Virus record (IMG/VR): IMGVR_UViG_3300048694_001005 | Span: 32,001 to 96,000 of that record | DNA: 64,000 bases | From: a virus | Direction: 5' to 3' (one strand) | In this document: in pieces, positions 63,248 to 64,000 of the stretch | Position numbering within the stretch: the first letter of the stretch is position 1 | Layout: each line of letters opens with the position of its first letter | Translations under genes and position numbers: made by a program | The notes under the pieces: generated by a model | Databases searched by the model: none | The model's input: the letters and a program-made list of their open reading frames with translations, nothing else | What the model was told of the DNA's origin: nothing

Positions 63248-64000
63248 ATGTTTAATGAGTCAGCTGGTGGCACAGAAAAACTAGATCATTTTAAGATAAC
63301 CAAATCTTTGCGTTTTAAAAGCGAGGGCGGTTCGTATTTGTTTAAGAATCTAACTACGCAAGCAGCTACCGGTGGATCTTTGGCCACTACATTCAATTTA
63401 ACTATTAGTGCTGATACAAACAACTATGTGCTGTATGATGCTGCTAAAACTGCCGGTTACGATGGTTATAGTCTTTGCACAGTAAATTTAACCATCAACA
63501 ATAATATTAAAGTTGGTTCCACCAGTGTTTACTTGCCAGCGTTAGATATACGCGGATTTCCAACTGGTTGCGCTATTACTGTTTTTGTAAACAGTGGTGC
63601 ATATATTGTTGGCGCGGGTGGTACAGGTGGTGTAGGTGGATATCAGGGAACACCGGGCACTAACGGAACGCCTGGTGGTGACGCTATTTGGACCAACGGT
63701 TATGTGACTATTAGCAATAATGGTACAGTAGCTGGCGGTGGCGGTGGTGGCGGTGGTGGCGGCGGTGATATTGGTTGCAGCGGTCCATACTCAGTCAGTG
63801 CATATACTACAGGTGGTAGCGGTGGCGGCGGTGCAGGGCTTGTTGCCGGCACAGCGGGCCAAGGTGCTTATCCTGGAAGCAATGGTACCCTAACAACTGG
63901 TGGACTTGGTTCTCCTGAAGGAACATATCAGTGTAACAACTATGGCGGCAACGGTGGTGATTTAGGTCAAGCAGGAACCAATGGCCAACAAAAATATGCA
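63248..64000 (+). CDS. Partial gp38-like polyglycine adhesin 2 (runs off the right edge)
   Basis: Not in the ORF track. Manual translation is open to the end: MFNESAGG...SLRF...AYIVGAGGTGG...GGDAIWTNG.VTISNNGTVAGGGGGGGGG, the T2/S16 gp38 glycine-motif pattern. Confidence 0.7.
   Translation, partial: MFNESAGGTEKLDHFKITKSLRFKSEGGSYLFKNLTTQAATGGSLATTFNLTISADTNNYVLYDAAKTAGYDGYSLCTVNLTINNNIKVGSTSVYLPALDIRGFPTGCAITVFVNSGAYIVGAGGTGGVGGYQGTPGTNGTPGGDAIWTNGYVTISNNGTVAGGGGGGGGGGGDIGCSGPYSVSAYTTGGSGGGGAGLVAGTAGQGAYPGSNGTLTTGGLGSPEGTYQCNNYGGNGGDLGQAGTNGQQKYA

Noticed and set aside
1-64000. Stop-codon reassignment, diversity-generating retroelement or invertible fibre cassette
   Set aside because: Core genes are intact in the standard code, and no reverse transcriptase, TR/VR pair, invertase or flanking inverted repeats were seen in this window

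Overview
This 64 kb window is the virion-morphogenesis region of a large T4-like (Tevenvirinae/Kyanoviridae-like) myophage of the uncultured jumbo-phage type; it uses the standard genetic code and is about 95% coding. From left to right it carries: (i) a GH19 endolysin; (ii) an accessory cluster at about 2.1-12.1 kb whose proteins share an N-terminal M-[RK]-x-x-E-[IFL]-x-x-E tag resembling the T4 capsid-targeting sequence (ADP-ribosyltransferase-like + zincin, cysteine hydrolase, zincin, second GH19, PcfJ-like, membrane protein); (iii) the head module (gp23, gp22, gp21, acidic core protein, gp20); (iv) a tape-measure-like gene and a gp26/gp51-like pair joined by an in-phase -1 slippery site; (v) a densely structured ~440-nt non-coding element behind a GIY-YIG gene; (vi) gp46 fractured by an atypically split intein with a free-standing Vsr-like endonuclease between the halves; (vii) gp47 and gp55; (viii) the baseplate module (gp53, hub with lysozyme, gp5, gp25, gp6, a 4353-aa wedge-like protein); and (ix) two tail-fibre/glycine-rich adhesin pairs. 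There are five endonuclease ORFs of homing-endonuclease type, many (TA)TAAATA late promoters and several intrinsic terminators. No tRNA, rRNA, CRISPR array or reverse transcriptase was seen. Family assignments come from motifs read by eye; no database searches were run.
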